A DNA stretch of 64,000 nt from Gemmatimonadota bacterium (GTDB taxonomy: Bacteria > Gemmatimonadota > Gemmatimonadetes > Gemmatimonadales > GWC2-71-9), in the NCBI GenBank assembly GCA_036679645.1, contig JAZDCY010000035.1, forward strand, positions 1 through 64,000. Direction: 5' to 3'. The notes below the pieces were generated by a model. The model was not told the DNA's origin and made no database searches. It saw only the letters and a program-made list of their open reading frames with translations. Below are positions 1 through 12,400 of the stretch, piece after piece. Within the stretch, counting starts at the first letter, position 1. Each line of letters starts with the position of its first letter. Both the position numbers and the translations under genes were made by a program.

Positions 1-149
1 GTGCTGGTGCGATACTGCGCCAACTCCCACGAGACGCCGGGAGTGATGTCCGGGACCGGCGTCCCACATCCACAGGCGAGCAGGAGCGCGGCGAGCGGGC
101 CACCGACCCACCCCCGCACATACGTGCGTAACACGTTGCTGGACCGCAT
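1..149 (-). CDS. 5' end of a lipoprotein, probably an M1-family aminopeptidase (runs off the window)
   Basis: ATG at 149 reads MRSSNVLRTYVRGWVGGPLAALLLACGCGTPVPDITPGVSWELAQYRTS; lipobox LLAC; PGVSxELAxYR resembles N-termini of secreted M1 aminopeptidases. Confidence 0.5.
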   Translation of the reverse strand, partial: MRSSNVLRTYVRGWVGGPLAALLLACGCGTPVPDITPGVSWELAQYRTS

Positions 150-176
150 GTTAGATCAGCTTGGAGCTGGCCTGAC

Positions 177-680
177 CTACTCCTCCGTCTCCGGTCCGCG
201 CGCACCCAACTCCGCATCGAGCATGAGCAGGGCCGCCCCGTTGTCACCCGCGAGCTTGAGGCGGGCCACGTTGTCTCCCACCGTCCGCTCTTCTTCCGAC
301 TGCTCGTTGATGAACCACTGCATCTCGACCTGCGTCGGGTAGTCGTTCTCCTTCACGGCGAGCGCGTAGAGCTTGTTGATCGAGGCAGTGACCTTCTGCT
401 CATTCGCGAGCGACTGCTTCATGATCTGCAGCGGGCTCTTGAACTCCGAGGGCGGCTCGGTAATTCCCTGCAGCTTGACCCGCCCTCCGTTGTTCAGGAT
501 GAAGTCGAACAGGCGCTCGGCGTGCACGAGTTCCTCTTCATGCTGTATGCGCATCCATTTTGCAAAACCAATCATGCTCTCGCTCTCGAGATACGCCGCC
601 ATCGACAAGTACACGTGCGCGGCGTGAAACTCCATGGCCATCTGCTCGTTGAGGGCGGCCTCGACAGACTTCGTAAGCAT
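177..680 (-). CDS. ftnA: Non-heme ferritin
   Basis: 167 aa; LNEQMAMEFHAAHVYLSMA, EEELVHA and QWFINEQSEEE ferroxidase motifs. Confidence 0.93.
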   Translation of the reverse strand: MLTKSVEAALNEQMAMEFHAAHVYLSMAAYLESESMIGFAKWMRIQHEEELVHAERLFDFILNNGGRVKLQGITEPPSEFKSPLQIMKQSLANEQKVTASINKLYALAVKENDYPTQVEMQWFINEQSEEERTVGDNVARLKLAGDNGAALLMLDAELGARGPETEE

Positions 681-716
681 GTGAGATTCCCTTGGTGGAT
701 CAGATGCAGGAAGTTA

Positions 717-748
717 GGCGGGAGGGCGGGAAGGCGGGAGGGCAGGAA
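717..748 (+). repeat. Four tandem GGCRGGAR octamers in the ferritin/sigma divergent intergenic region
   Basis: ggcgggag ggcgggaa ggcgggag ggcaggaa read directly. Confidence 0.85.
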
Positions 749-807
749 GTAAACGCCCACCCATTGCCCGGCGTCACAGAATCGCAGGACCCGAGTCCGG
801 AGCCGGA

Positions 808-1398
808 TTGAGCGAACGCGAGCAGCGGGATGCCAAGGTGAATGCACTGGTACTCAGAGCCCAGGCGGGAGATGAGCACGCCTTTACGAAGCTCGTGGAG
901 CAGTGCTACGGACAGGTACATCGATGGGCACTGGCTCAGACGGGCGATCCGGACGACGCCGACGATGTCGTGCAGCACGTCCTGGTAGGGCTTTCCACCC
1001 GTCTCACCCGTTTCCGGGGGGAGTCACGCTTCACGACCTGGCTGTACCGCCTCACGCGTAACGCCGCCGCGGATCACTTTCGGAACGCGGATCGGCGGAA
1101 GCGAGCGGAAGGGCGCGCCGCCGCTGACCGGGCGACCGTGACCACAACTGGAGGTGCGGCAACCCGAATGGAGGCCACGGAGACGCTAGATATCGTCCTT
1201 GCGGCATACGGGCGGCTCCCGGCTCGGCAACGCGAAGTCTTCGACCTCGTGGATCTCCAGGGATACAGACCATCGGAGGTAGCCGAGATGCTCGACATGA
1301 TACCCGTCACCATCCGGGCGCACCTGCACAAAGCGCGGCGAGCCGTGAGGGCAACCATCCTCTCGAGCCAGCCAGATTTCGTTGAGGAGTACACCTGA
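808..1398 (+). CDS. ECF (sigma-70 group 4) RNA polymerase sigma factor
   Basis: AQAGDEHAFTKLVE, DADDVVQ, FRGESRFTTWLYRLTRN (region 2); LPARQREVFDLVDLQG..EVAEML (region 4). Confidence 0.92.
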   Translation: MSEREQRDAKVNALVLRAQAGDEHAFTKLVEQCYGQVHRWALAQTGDPDDADDVVQHVLVGLSTRLTRFRGESRFTTWLYRLTRNAAADHFRNADRRKRAEGRAAADRATVTTTGGAATRMEATETLDIVLAAYGRLPARQREVFDLVDLQGYRPSEVAEMLDMIPVTIRAHLHKARRAVRATILSSQPDFVEEYT

Positions 1399-1841
1399 TG
1401 CGTTGTGCCGACGTGCGCGAGCGACTGCTCGAAGCCGATCCCGCGGAGCTACGCGGCGAGATCACGACCGACTTCACGGCTCACCTGGCCGAGTGTACGA
1501 CGTGCCGGAAGGCCGCCGAGCGCATCCTGACCGCCGAGGATGCCCTGCGTGCGCACCTCGCGGCCGCGACGCCGGCTCGACCGGCGTCCTACCTCGTGCC
1601 GCTTGTGCGGGCACGAGTGCGAAGCCGACGGCGGCTCACACGCTTCGCCGCGGCCGTACTTGCGCTGGCTGCCGCGGGGATCGCTATCGCCCTCTTCGTA
1701 GGACGGGACGGAGAGGCCCCCACGCACACAATCGCTACCGTCCCACCAGATCCTGTCCCGCTCGTCGACGCGACGCCGGGTCAGCGCGTCGCAGTCTTCG
1801 AGACGGATAACCCCAACATCGTCATTGTCTGGACGTTCTAG
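1398..1841 (+). CDS. Zinc-finger (ZAS/zf-HC2) anti-sigma factor with one TM helix
   Basis: MRCADVRERL...HLAECTTC (HxxxCxxC); TM FAAAVLALAAAGIAIALFV; start overlaps the sigma stop. Confidence 0.85.
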   Translation: MRCADVRERLLEADPAELRGEITTDFTAHLAECTTCRKAAERILTAEDALRAHLAAATPARPASYLVPLVRARVRSRRRLTRFAAAVLALAAAGIAIALFVGRDGEAPTHTIATVPPDPVPLVDATPGQRVAVFETDNPNIVIVWTF

Positions 1842-1856
1842 ATACTGGAGATTCGG

Positions 1857-2540
1857 ATGCCAAACCACCATCTTCTGCCTGCAGTCCTCCTGCTCATGAT
1901 CGTACCCCTCGCTTGCACCCGCGAGTCGACGATTGACACTCGGACGTTCGCCCTCCAGTACATCGAGGCCGGCACTGCGCTCGGGCTGCTCGATCCCTAT
2001 GTGTTCGGCGATCGTCCTAATAACCCCGGAACGATCAGCGCAACCCAGTCGACCGTCACGGTACGGGAAACCCCTGATAATCTCGAAAAGATCGCGCGGG
2101 TACTCGAGGAGTACGATGTCCCGAGCCCATGGGTACGCCTCTCGTTCCAGATCATCGAGGCAGACGGCGCGGCCGCGGTCGACCCGGATATCGCGGAGGT
2201 CGAGGCGGAGCTGCGCAGACTGTTTCGGTATGATGGGTATCGGCTCGTGGGCCAAGCCGTAGTCAGCGCAACATCCCGCAGCCGCGTGGAGCAGGCGATC
2301 CGCTCGCGTGCCGATCCCGAAAAGACCTTCTTCATCGAGGTGGAGGTCGGAGAGATACGGCAGATCGGAGACACTGGATTCGTGAACATGCACGTCGAAC
2401 TCAGGGCGGGCGTGATGGGCGGCCTGGCCACACAAATCAACGCTCGCACCGGCCAGACCGTCGTGCTCGGAAACGCCCAACTCGGCGGGGGCGACGGAAC
2501 GACCATTCTGACGGTCACGGCGGAATTGGTGGAGAACTAG
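1857..2540 (+). CDS. Lipoprotein with secretin N3/NolW-like domain and a shortened secretin-like C-terminal region
   Basis: Lipobox VPLAC; TRTFALQY...TVTVRETPDNLEKIARVLEEYDVP then VRLSFQIIEA and TQINARTGQTVVLG. Confidence 0.65.
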   Translation: MPNHHLLPAVLLLMIVPLACTRESTIDTRTFALQYIEAGTALGLLDPYVFGDRPNNPGTISATQSTVTVRETPDNLEKIARVLEEYDVPSPWVRLSFQIIEADGAAAVDPDIAEVEAELRRLFRYDGYRLVGQAVVSATSRSRVEQAIRSRADPEKTFFIEVEVGEIRQIGDTGFVNMHVELRAGVMGGLATQINARTGQTVVLGNAQLGGGDGTTILTVTAELVEN

Positions 2541-2627
2541 AAGGCGGGAGGGCGGAAGGTCGCTCCTCACAAGGGATCCGCCGCTCACCTGGTTCGGGAT
2601 TACTTTCCGCCCTTCCGCCATCCCGCC
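2541..2627 (+). repeat. Hairpin repeat element, copy 1
   Basis: GGCGGGAG/GGCGGAAG left arm, 42-nt core at 2562-2603, CTTCCGCC/ATCCCGCC right arm; core matches 5191-5232 at 41/42 positions. Confidence 0.9.
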
Positions 2628-2770
2628 AGGCCGTGCCCCCGTCCGGTATATTTCGCACGACGAGTTCCAGTGTGATCAAAGCGCTGAGCTCGGGCGAGAC
2701 TACACGGACGGAGACGAACGATGGCTGACGCAGAGTCCCGGGAGCGCGCTGAGTATCCAGAACAGGGCGG

Positions 2771-5161
2771 GTGATGAAAGTCCTCAAGTTCGGAGGCTCG
2801 TCGCTGGCGGATGCGGATCGTATTCGGCGGGCTGCCCGCATTGTGCTCCGGGCGGCTCGGCACGAGCGGGTTGTGGTGGTCGTGTCTGCGTGCCAGGGCG
2901 TCACGGATCGGCTACTGGCGTGTGCCAAACGCGCCGAGGAGGGGACCGGGAAGTACCGCGACGACTATGACTACGTCGTCCATCTGCACGTTGCACTGCT
3001 CACCGATCTTCTAGGAGCTCGGCGGCCTCGCCGCACCGTTTCGGCGGTGACGGCGCTCCTGGATGACCTCGGTGACGTGCTGCACGGTATCGCCCTGTTA
3101 CGGCACTGCTCGCCGCGCGCGCTGGATCTCGTCGCGAGTTTCGGCGAGTTGCTGGCCGCGGCCCTCTTCGCGTCATACCTGCGGCGTCGGCATCCGGCCG
3201 AAGATGTCGATGCGAGAGCGTTGATCGTGACGGATGATCGATTCACGCGTGCGGGCGTGCAGTCCGAGCCCACACATCGGGCAGTCCGTCGGTACTTCCG
3301 GAGGCGGTCTCGATCCAAGGGCCGTCGGCCAATTGCGGTGATCACGGGGTTCATCGGAGCCACCGCGGACGGCCGGACAACGACCCTGGGGCGCAACGGA
3401 TCGGACTACACGGCGGCGATCATCGGCGCCGCCCTATCGGCGTCCCGCATCGAGATCTGGACCGACGTCGACGGCGTGTTCACCGCGGATCCGGACATCG
3501 TCCCCTCGGCGCTCGTCGTTCCACACCTGTCGTATGAAGAGACGATGGAACTCTCTTACTTCGGCGCCACCGTCCTGCACGCAGCCTCCATTGCACCCGC
3601 CGTCGCGGGACGCATCCCGATTCTCATCAAGAATACCTTGAACCCCCACGGTCCCGAGACGTGGATTACAGAACGGACAGAGAGCTGGGACCGCGTCGCC
3701 AAAGGGATCACGTCAGTCGATGACGTGACCCTATTGACGTTGCGGGGCATGCGCATGGTCGGTGCTCCGGGCACCGCGGACCGTCTGTTCCGTTCACTGG
3801 CAGCCGAGGAGGTCAATGTCATTCTCATCTCGCAGGCGTCCTCGGAGCATACGATTTGCCTCGCCGTGAGTCACGACGACACGCCTAGAGCCAGGCAAGC
3901 GCTCACGAGGGAGTTCCACTATGAACTCGAGGCCGGCGCCACGGCCGTAGACGTCGCAACCGGTCAGACCATCGTCGCCATTGTGGGTGACGGTATGCGG
4001 GGAACGCCAGGGGTTTCGGGCCGGGTGTTTCAAGCGCTCGGGCGGAACAACATCAACGTGACCGCGATCGCGCAGGGCGCCTCGGAACGAAACATCTCCT
4101 TCGTTATCGATACGCGCCAGCGGAGTCGTGCGCTCAACGTCATTCACCAGGCATTTTTTGAGACCCGCAAGCGGCTCGATCTGCTGGTCATGGGCGTTGG
4201 GAACATCGGGCGCACGCTATTAGAACAACTCCGAACCCAGGCTCCCGCACTGGCGCGACAGGGGTTCGACGTTCGAGTCGTGGGGATCGCGAACAGCCGA
4301 TGGTACGTGCTCCGACCCGAGGGCATTGACCTCGGCCAGTGGCCCGCACTGCTCGGGGTTGACTGCACTGCCAGTGAGCACGTCGTAGCGGCCTACGAAG
4401 TGTTCGTGCGGGCAAACGCTCATGTGATCACTCCGAACAAGAAGGTCAACGTGCTCCCTTGGGAGACGTACGCTGCGCTCAAGGATCTAATGCACAGCCG
4501 GCAGAAGTACTTGCTGTATGAGGCGAACGTGGGCGCGGGCCTGCCGGTTATCAGCACGCTGCGGGATCTCGTGGCCAGTGGTGACGAGATCGTGAAAATC
4601 GAAGGGATTCTCTCGGGGACGCTCAGCTATCTCTTCAATCAGTTGGACGGCACTCGTCCCTTCAGTGCTCTCGTGCAGGAGGCACACCGGAAGGGTCTCA
4701 CCGAGCCGGATCCGCGCGACGACTTGTGCGGTGAAGATGTTGCCCGAAAGCTGCTGATCCTGGCGCGTGAGCTTGGGTTGGAGATGGAGTTGCGGGATGT
4801 GGAGTGCGAGAACCTCGTGCCCCGCTCGCTGCGTCGCGGCGTGTTCTCACCAGCTTTCTATGAGGCGTTCGCGAAAGCAGACGGGGCGATGCGCCGCCGG
4901 CTCGAGCGGGCACAGGAACACCGGGCAGTACTTCGGTATGTTGGCGTGCTCGAAGAAGCGTCGGCCTCCGCCGGGTTGCGTGAGGTACCACTGCACCATC
5001 CGTTCGCCACCACGACGGGGAGCGACAACGTGATCGCGTTCACTACCAGGCGGTACGCCAAGACCCCGCTGGTGATTCAGGGCGCCGGTGCCGGCGCCGA
5101 CGTGACGGCGATGGGTGTGTTTTCCGACATCCTCAAGCTGCTGCACTACCTGCCCTACTGA
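2771..5161 (+). CDS. thrA: Bifunctional aspartate kinase / homoserine dehydrogenase (apparent ~25-aa internal deletion)
   Basis: KFGGSS, TTLGRNGSDYTA, WTDVDG, two ACT domains, GVGNIG, VDCTAS, TPNKK, YEANVGAGLP, GAGADVTA. Confidence 0.93.
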   Translation: MMKVLKFGGSSLADADRIRRAARIVLRAARHERVVVVVSACQGVTDRLLACAKRAEEGTGKYRDDYDYVVHLHVALLTDLLGARRPRRTVSAVTALLDDLGDVLHGIALLRHCSPRALDLVASFGELLAAALFASYLRRRHPAEDVDARALIVTDDRFTRAGVQSEPTHRAVRRYFRRRSRSKGRRPIAVITGFIGATADGRTTTLGRNGSDYTAAIIGAALSASRIEIWTDVDGVFTADPDIVPSALVVPHLSYEETMELSYFGATVLHAASIAPAVAGRIPILIKNTLNPHGPETWITERTESWDRVAKGITSVDDVTLLTLRGMRMVGAPGTADRLFRSLAAEEVNVILISQASSEHTICLAVSHDDTPRARQALTREFHYELEAGATAVDVATGQTIVAIVGDGMRGTPGVSGRVFQALGRNNINVTAIAQGASERNISFVIDTRQRSRALNVIHQAFFETRKRLDLLVMGVGNIGRTLLEQLRTQAPALARQGFDVRVVGIANSRWYVLRPEGIDLGQWPALLGVDCTASEHVVAAYEVFVRANAHVITPNKKVNVLPWETYAALKDLMHSRQKYLLYEANVGAGLPVISTLRDLVASGDEIVKIEGILSGTLSYLFNQLDGTRPFSALVQEAHRKGLTEPDPRDDLCGEDVARKLLILARELGLEMELRDVECENLVPRSLRRGVFSPAFYEAFAKADGAMRRRLERAQEHRAVLRYVGVLEEASASAGLREVPLHHPFATTTGSDNVIAFTTRRYAKTPLVIQGAGAGADVTAMGVFSDILKLLHYLPY

Positions 5162-5264
5162 AGGGCGGGAGGGCGGAACGGCGGAAGGGTGCTCCTCACA
5201 AGGGATCCGCCGGTCACCTGGTTCGGGATTACATTTCGCCCTTCCGCCAATCCGCCTTCCCGTC
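5162..5264 (+). repeat. Hairpin repeat element, copy 2
   Basis: Same core at 5191-5232; three left-arm octamers and complementary right-arm octamers; begins right after the thrA stop. Confidence 0.9.
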
Positions 5265-5329
5265 TGGGGTGGTGAGGCCCGGTCCCGACGCGCATCTTTT
5301 GCCCCCGAATCTCAACCGGGGTGGGGCAA

Positions 5330-6847
5330 ATGTCTCTCGATCGTCGCGACTTCCTGAAGTACGCCGGTGTCGGCCTGGGCGGAGCGGCCGTAACTGGCCC
5401 CAAAGCGGCCTGGCCCGACGAACGCGCCATGGCGCGGGCCGAAAGCTCAACCGAGAGCTTCGTGCTCTTGCGGCGCGAGCAGGCGCGGCGCCGCGGTGAG
5501 CTGCCCGATGGGGCCGATTTCCACCGGCTACCGCTCTCGTGGTACAAGGCCAAGGCGAGACAGCTCAAAGAGGAAGCGCGCCAACGCGGCGTCGACGGCG
5601 GCATTCTGCTCACGAACCGCTGGAACATCATCTACGCGAGCGGCCTGCTCCATTCCACCACCGAGCGCCCCTTTGCGTGTTTCTTCCCCATGGACGAGGA
5701 GGACGGCCTGATCTGGTTGCACCCCTATCTTGACCAGGAACTGGTTACGAGTTGGTGGGCCACCGACACGCACTCGTACTTCGACTGGCATCATGCTGCA
5801 GACGGCTTCCCGAATGCGGGGGAAGTCACCGAGGGGAACACGGTCAACATCTATCGCTGGTGGGGCGAAACGCTCGCGAGCCTGGGCTACGACGGCAAGA
5901 CCATAGGCATCGATGCCGGCGGGGCCGCCGAGATTGGGATCCTCCCCGGACAGGACGACGACAGACGTCTCAACATGTCCGGCCGGTTTGACGAGCCGGG
6001 TCGGGATCGACCCGCCGGGGGCAAGTTCGGGACAATGGCCGCCGCCATGCGGAACAGCCAGTTCGTGGATGTCTACGACATCCTCGTGCGGCACCGCATA
6101 GTGAAGGATGACATGGAGAACGCGCTCACCCAGCGCGCCATGGATTACTGGTCGGAGATGCACGCGTTCTGCCGCAACTACATCCTGGAACGCGGTTACG
6201 GCACGCTGGATTGGGAAATCCAGAACGCGGTCACGTTATGGGGCATGCACCGGTTGATGCAGGATATCCCCAATTCGCAAGAGCCCCACGATGTCGTCGG
6301 CATCGACGTCGGCATCGGGTGCCGTACGGGGAAGAAAACGGCCTATCCGCACCCCAATCAGGTCTCGTGGGCACGCATCGAGCGGGGCCATGCGTTCCAG
6401 ATTGCGGGCGTAGTGCGCATTGGGGGGTACGGCGGCGAGCAGTATCGGTCCTACCTGTTCGCACCCTGGACCGAGTGGCAGGAAAAGGTGTGGGATGTCC
6501 ACACCGCGACGTATTTCATGCAAGCCGAGGGATCACGTGCCGGTGCGACCTGTGCCAGCGTTGCCAAGGCCGTGCACGATTACCAGGTGGCGAACGGCGT
6601 ACAGCATCTCGTCTACCATCGTCCCGGACACGGCGAGGGCATGGAGGGTCACCAACCGCCGTACCAGGCGCTGGGCGACTACACGGTGATGCAACCGGGT
6701 ATGCACTTCTCCAACGAGCCCGGCCTATACGATCCCGAGAATGGGTTTGGGTTCAACCATTCCAACAACATCCTGGTGACCGACGGGACGGGACTCCAGA
6801 TGGGGACGGTGCCGTGTGACAAGGAGTGGTGTTTCCTGGAGTTGTAA
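5330..6847 (+). CDS. Tat-exported M24 (Xaa-Pro peptidase/creatinase-like) family hydrolase
   Basis: DRRDFLK twin-arginine signal; HRPGHGEGMEGH and FSNEPGLY pita-bread motifs. Confidence 0.8.
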   Translation: MSLDRRDFLKYAGVGLGGAAVTGPKAAWPDERAMARAESSTESFVLLRREQARRRGELPDGADFHRLPLSWYKAKARQLKEEARQRGVDGGILLTNRWNIIYASGLLHSTTERPFACFFPMDEEDGLIWLHPYLDQELVTSWWATDTHSYFDWHHAADGFPNAGEVTEGNTVNIYRWWGETLASLGYDGKTIGIDAGGAAEIGILPGQDDDRRLNMSGRFDEPGRDRPAGGKFGTMAAAMRNSQFVDVYDILVRHRIVKDDMENALTQRAMDYWSEMHAFCRNYILERGYGTLDWEIQNAVTLWGMHRLMQDIPNSQEPHDVVGIDVGIGCRTGKKTAYPHPNQVSWARIERGHAFQIAGVVRIGGYGGEQYRSYLFAPWTEWQEKVWDVHTATYFMQAEGSRAGATCASVAKAVHDYQVANGVQHLVYHRPGHGEGMEGHQPPYQALGDYTVMQPGMHFSNEPGLYDPENGFGFNHSNNILVTDGTGLQMGTVPCDKEWCFLEL

Positions 6848-6856
6848 GGCGGGGAT

Positions 6857-6892
6857 GGCAGGGTGGTCGGGGCGTAACCCGACCGCTCTGCC
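6857..6892. terminator. GC-rich hairpin between convergent genes
   Basis: 15-bp stem ggcagggtggtcggg / cccgaccgctctgcc (two G-U pairs) with 6-nt loop; no clear U-tract. Confidence 0.55.
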
Positions 6893-6913
6893 CACCTCCA
6901 CGGTCTCGACCCG

Positions 6914-8832
<1,919 letters not shown>

Positions 8833-9004
8833 GAGTATGCTCCTGTCGGGAGGGGTCGCTCCTGCTACCCATGAGACGGCGGGCCGTGCCGATCCGTCAC
8901 TCCGCTGGGCATGGAGCGCGCCCTGGTTGTGTCTTCGTGAAGTACCGCCCCGTCCAACCGCTGTCCAGCCGCGATGAGGAGCGGCCTGGCACGGGGAGCG
9001 TCCG

Positions 9005-11638
<2,634 letters not shown>

Positions 11639-11673
11639 CGTTTTCCTCAGTATTTCATACACATCTCTAAACA

Positions 11674-11738
11674 CCCTGCACGCTGCACCCTACACCCCTG
11701 CACCTTACAACCCTGCACGCTGCACGCCGCACGCCCAC
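11674..11738. repeat. Degenerate 7-8 bp tandem repeats (C[C/G]CTGCA-like) in the clpB 5' region
   Basis: ccctgca cgctgca ccctaca cccctgca ccttaca accctgca cgctgca cgccgca read directly. Confidence 0.8.
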
Positions 11739-11823
11739 CGGCGCCGCACCGGCGGTACCTGAGGCAACCCCTCATGCCCCATATTCCTGCACACTTGACA
11801 GTATGAGCTGGTCGGACCGTGCT

Positions 11824-11862
11824 GAAAAGACAGACGCGCCGACCAACTGGTCGACGCGTCTG
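11824..11862 (-). terminator. Rho-independent terminator after the CTD-like gene
   Basis: Stem cagacgcgccgacc / ggtcgacgcgtctg followed on the minus strand by tctttt. Confidence 0.7.
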
Positions 11863-11896
11863 ATGTTCGTGGGCGTACGTATGCCTCGCAGTCCTG

Positions 11897-12322
11897 CTAC
11901 TTGATAATCGTCATCTTGGCCGTGGACCGCTCGCCGTCGACGACGATCTGGTACACGTAGACTCCTGAGGCCGCTTCGCGGTTCGTTCCGAGAACCTTGC
12001 CGTCCCAATACGCGCTGTACCGCCCCGTGCCGTTCCAATCGAGCTGCAAATTGTCGAGCGGTTGGCCGGACCCCTGCACAATGGGAATCGCGACCAGTTG
12101 AGCCAGCACGTTGTATATCCTGAGACTCACGACAGGCCTGCGGCCGCTGTCGAAGAACCGCTGAGGAACAGTAAACGGTATCGTCGTCTCAGGGTTGAAC
12201 GGGTTAGGGTAATTCTGACCTAACTGCACCCGTTCGCGTTGCTGAGGTTCCTGCGCCTCGACGGCAGACACCGCCGCCATCAGGAGCCCGAGCGAGAGCA
12301 TCGCCCAGGCAACGTACTTCAT
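11897..12322 (-). CDS. Small secreted protein made of a T9SS type-A sorting / FlgD-like Ig domain
   Basis: Signal peptide ending AVEA-Q; LGQNYPNPFNPETTIPF, LRIYNVL, WDG...ASGVYVYQI, KMTIIK C-terminus. Confidence 0.75.
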   Translation of the reverse strand: MKYVAWAMLSLGLLMAAVSAVEAQEPQQRERVQLGQNYPNPFNPETTIPFTVPQRFFDSGRRPVVSLRIYNVLAQLVAIPIVQGSGQPLDNLQLDWNGTGRYSAYWDGKVLGTNREAASGVYVYQIVVDGERSTAKMTIIK

Positions 12323-12400
12323 TTCAACTCCTATTCTGACAAGGGATTGTCCGTACAAATACTCCTTGGTTTGGGGTCTATCTTACCATGTAGCCACAAG

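Noticed and set aside
2541..5264. Repeats as integron attC sites or a CRISPR array
   Set aside because: No RYYYAAC/GTTRRRY core sites, no integrase or cas genes, and only two copies 2.6 kb apart
11759..11777. TGAGG-caacc-CCTCA inverted repeat as an HspR (HAIR) or CIRCE operator for clpB
   Set aside because: Spacing and sequence do not match either consensus
12323..12400. tRNA-Sec (selC) next to selB
   Set aside because: No cloverleaf or T-loop motif; the AT-richer stretch looks like a promoter/RBS region
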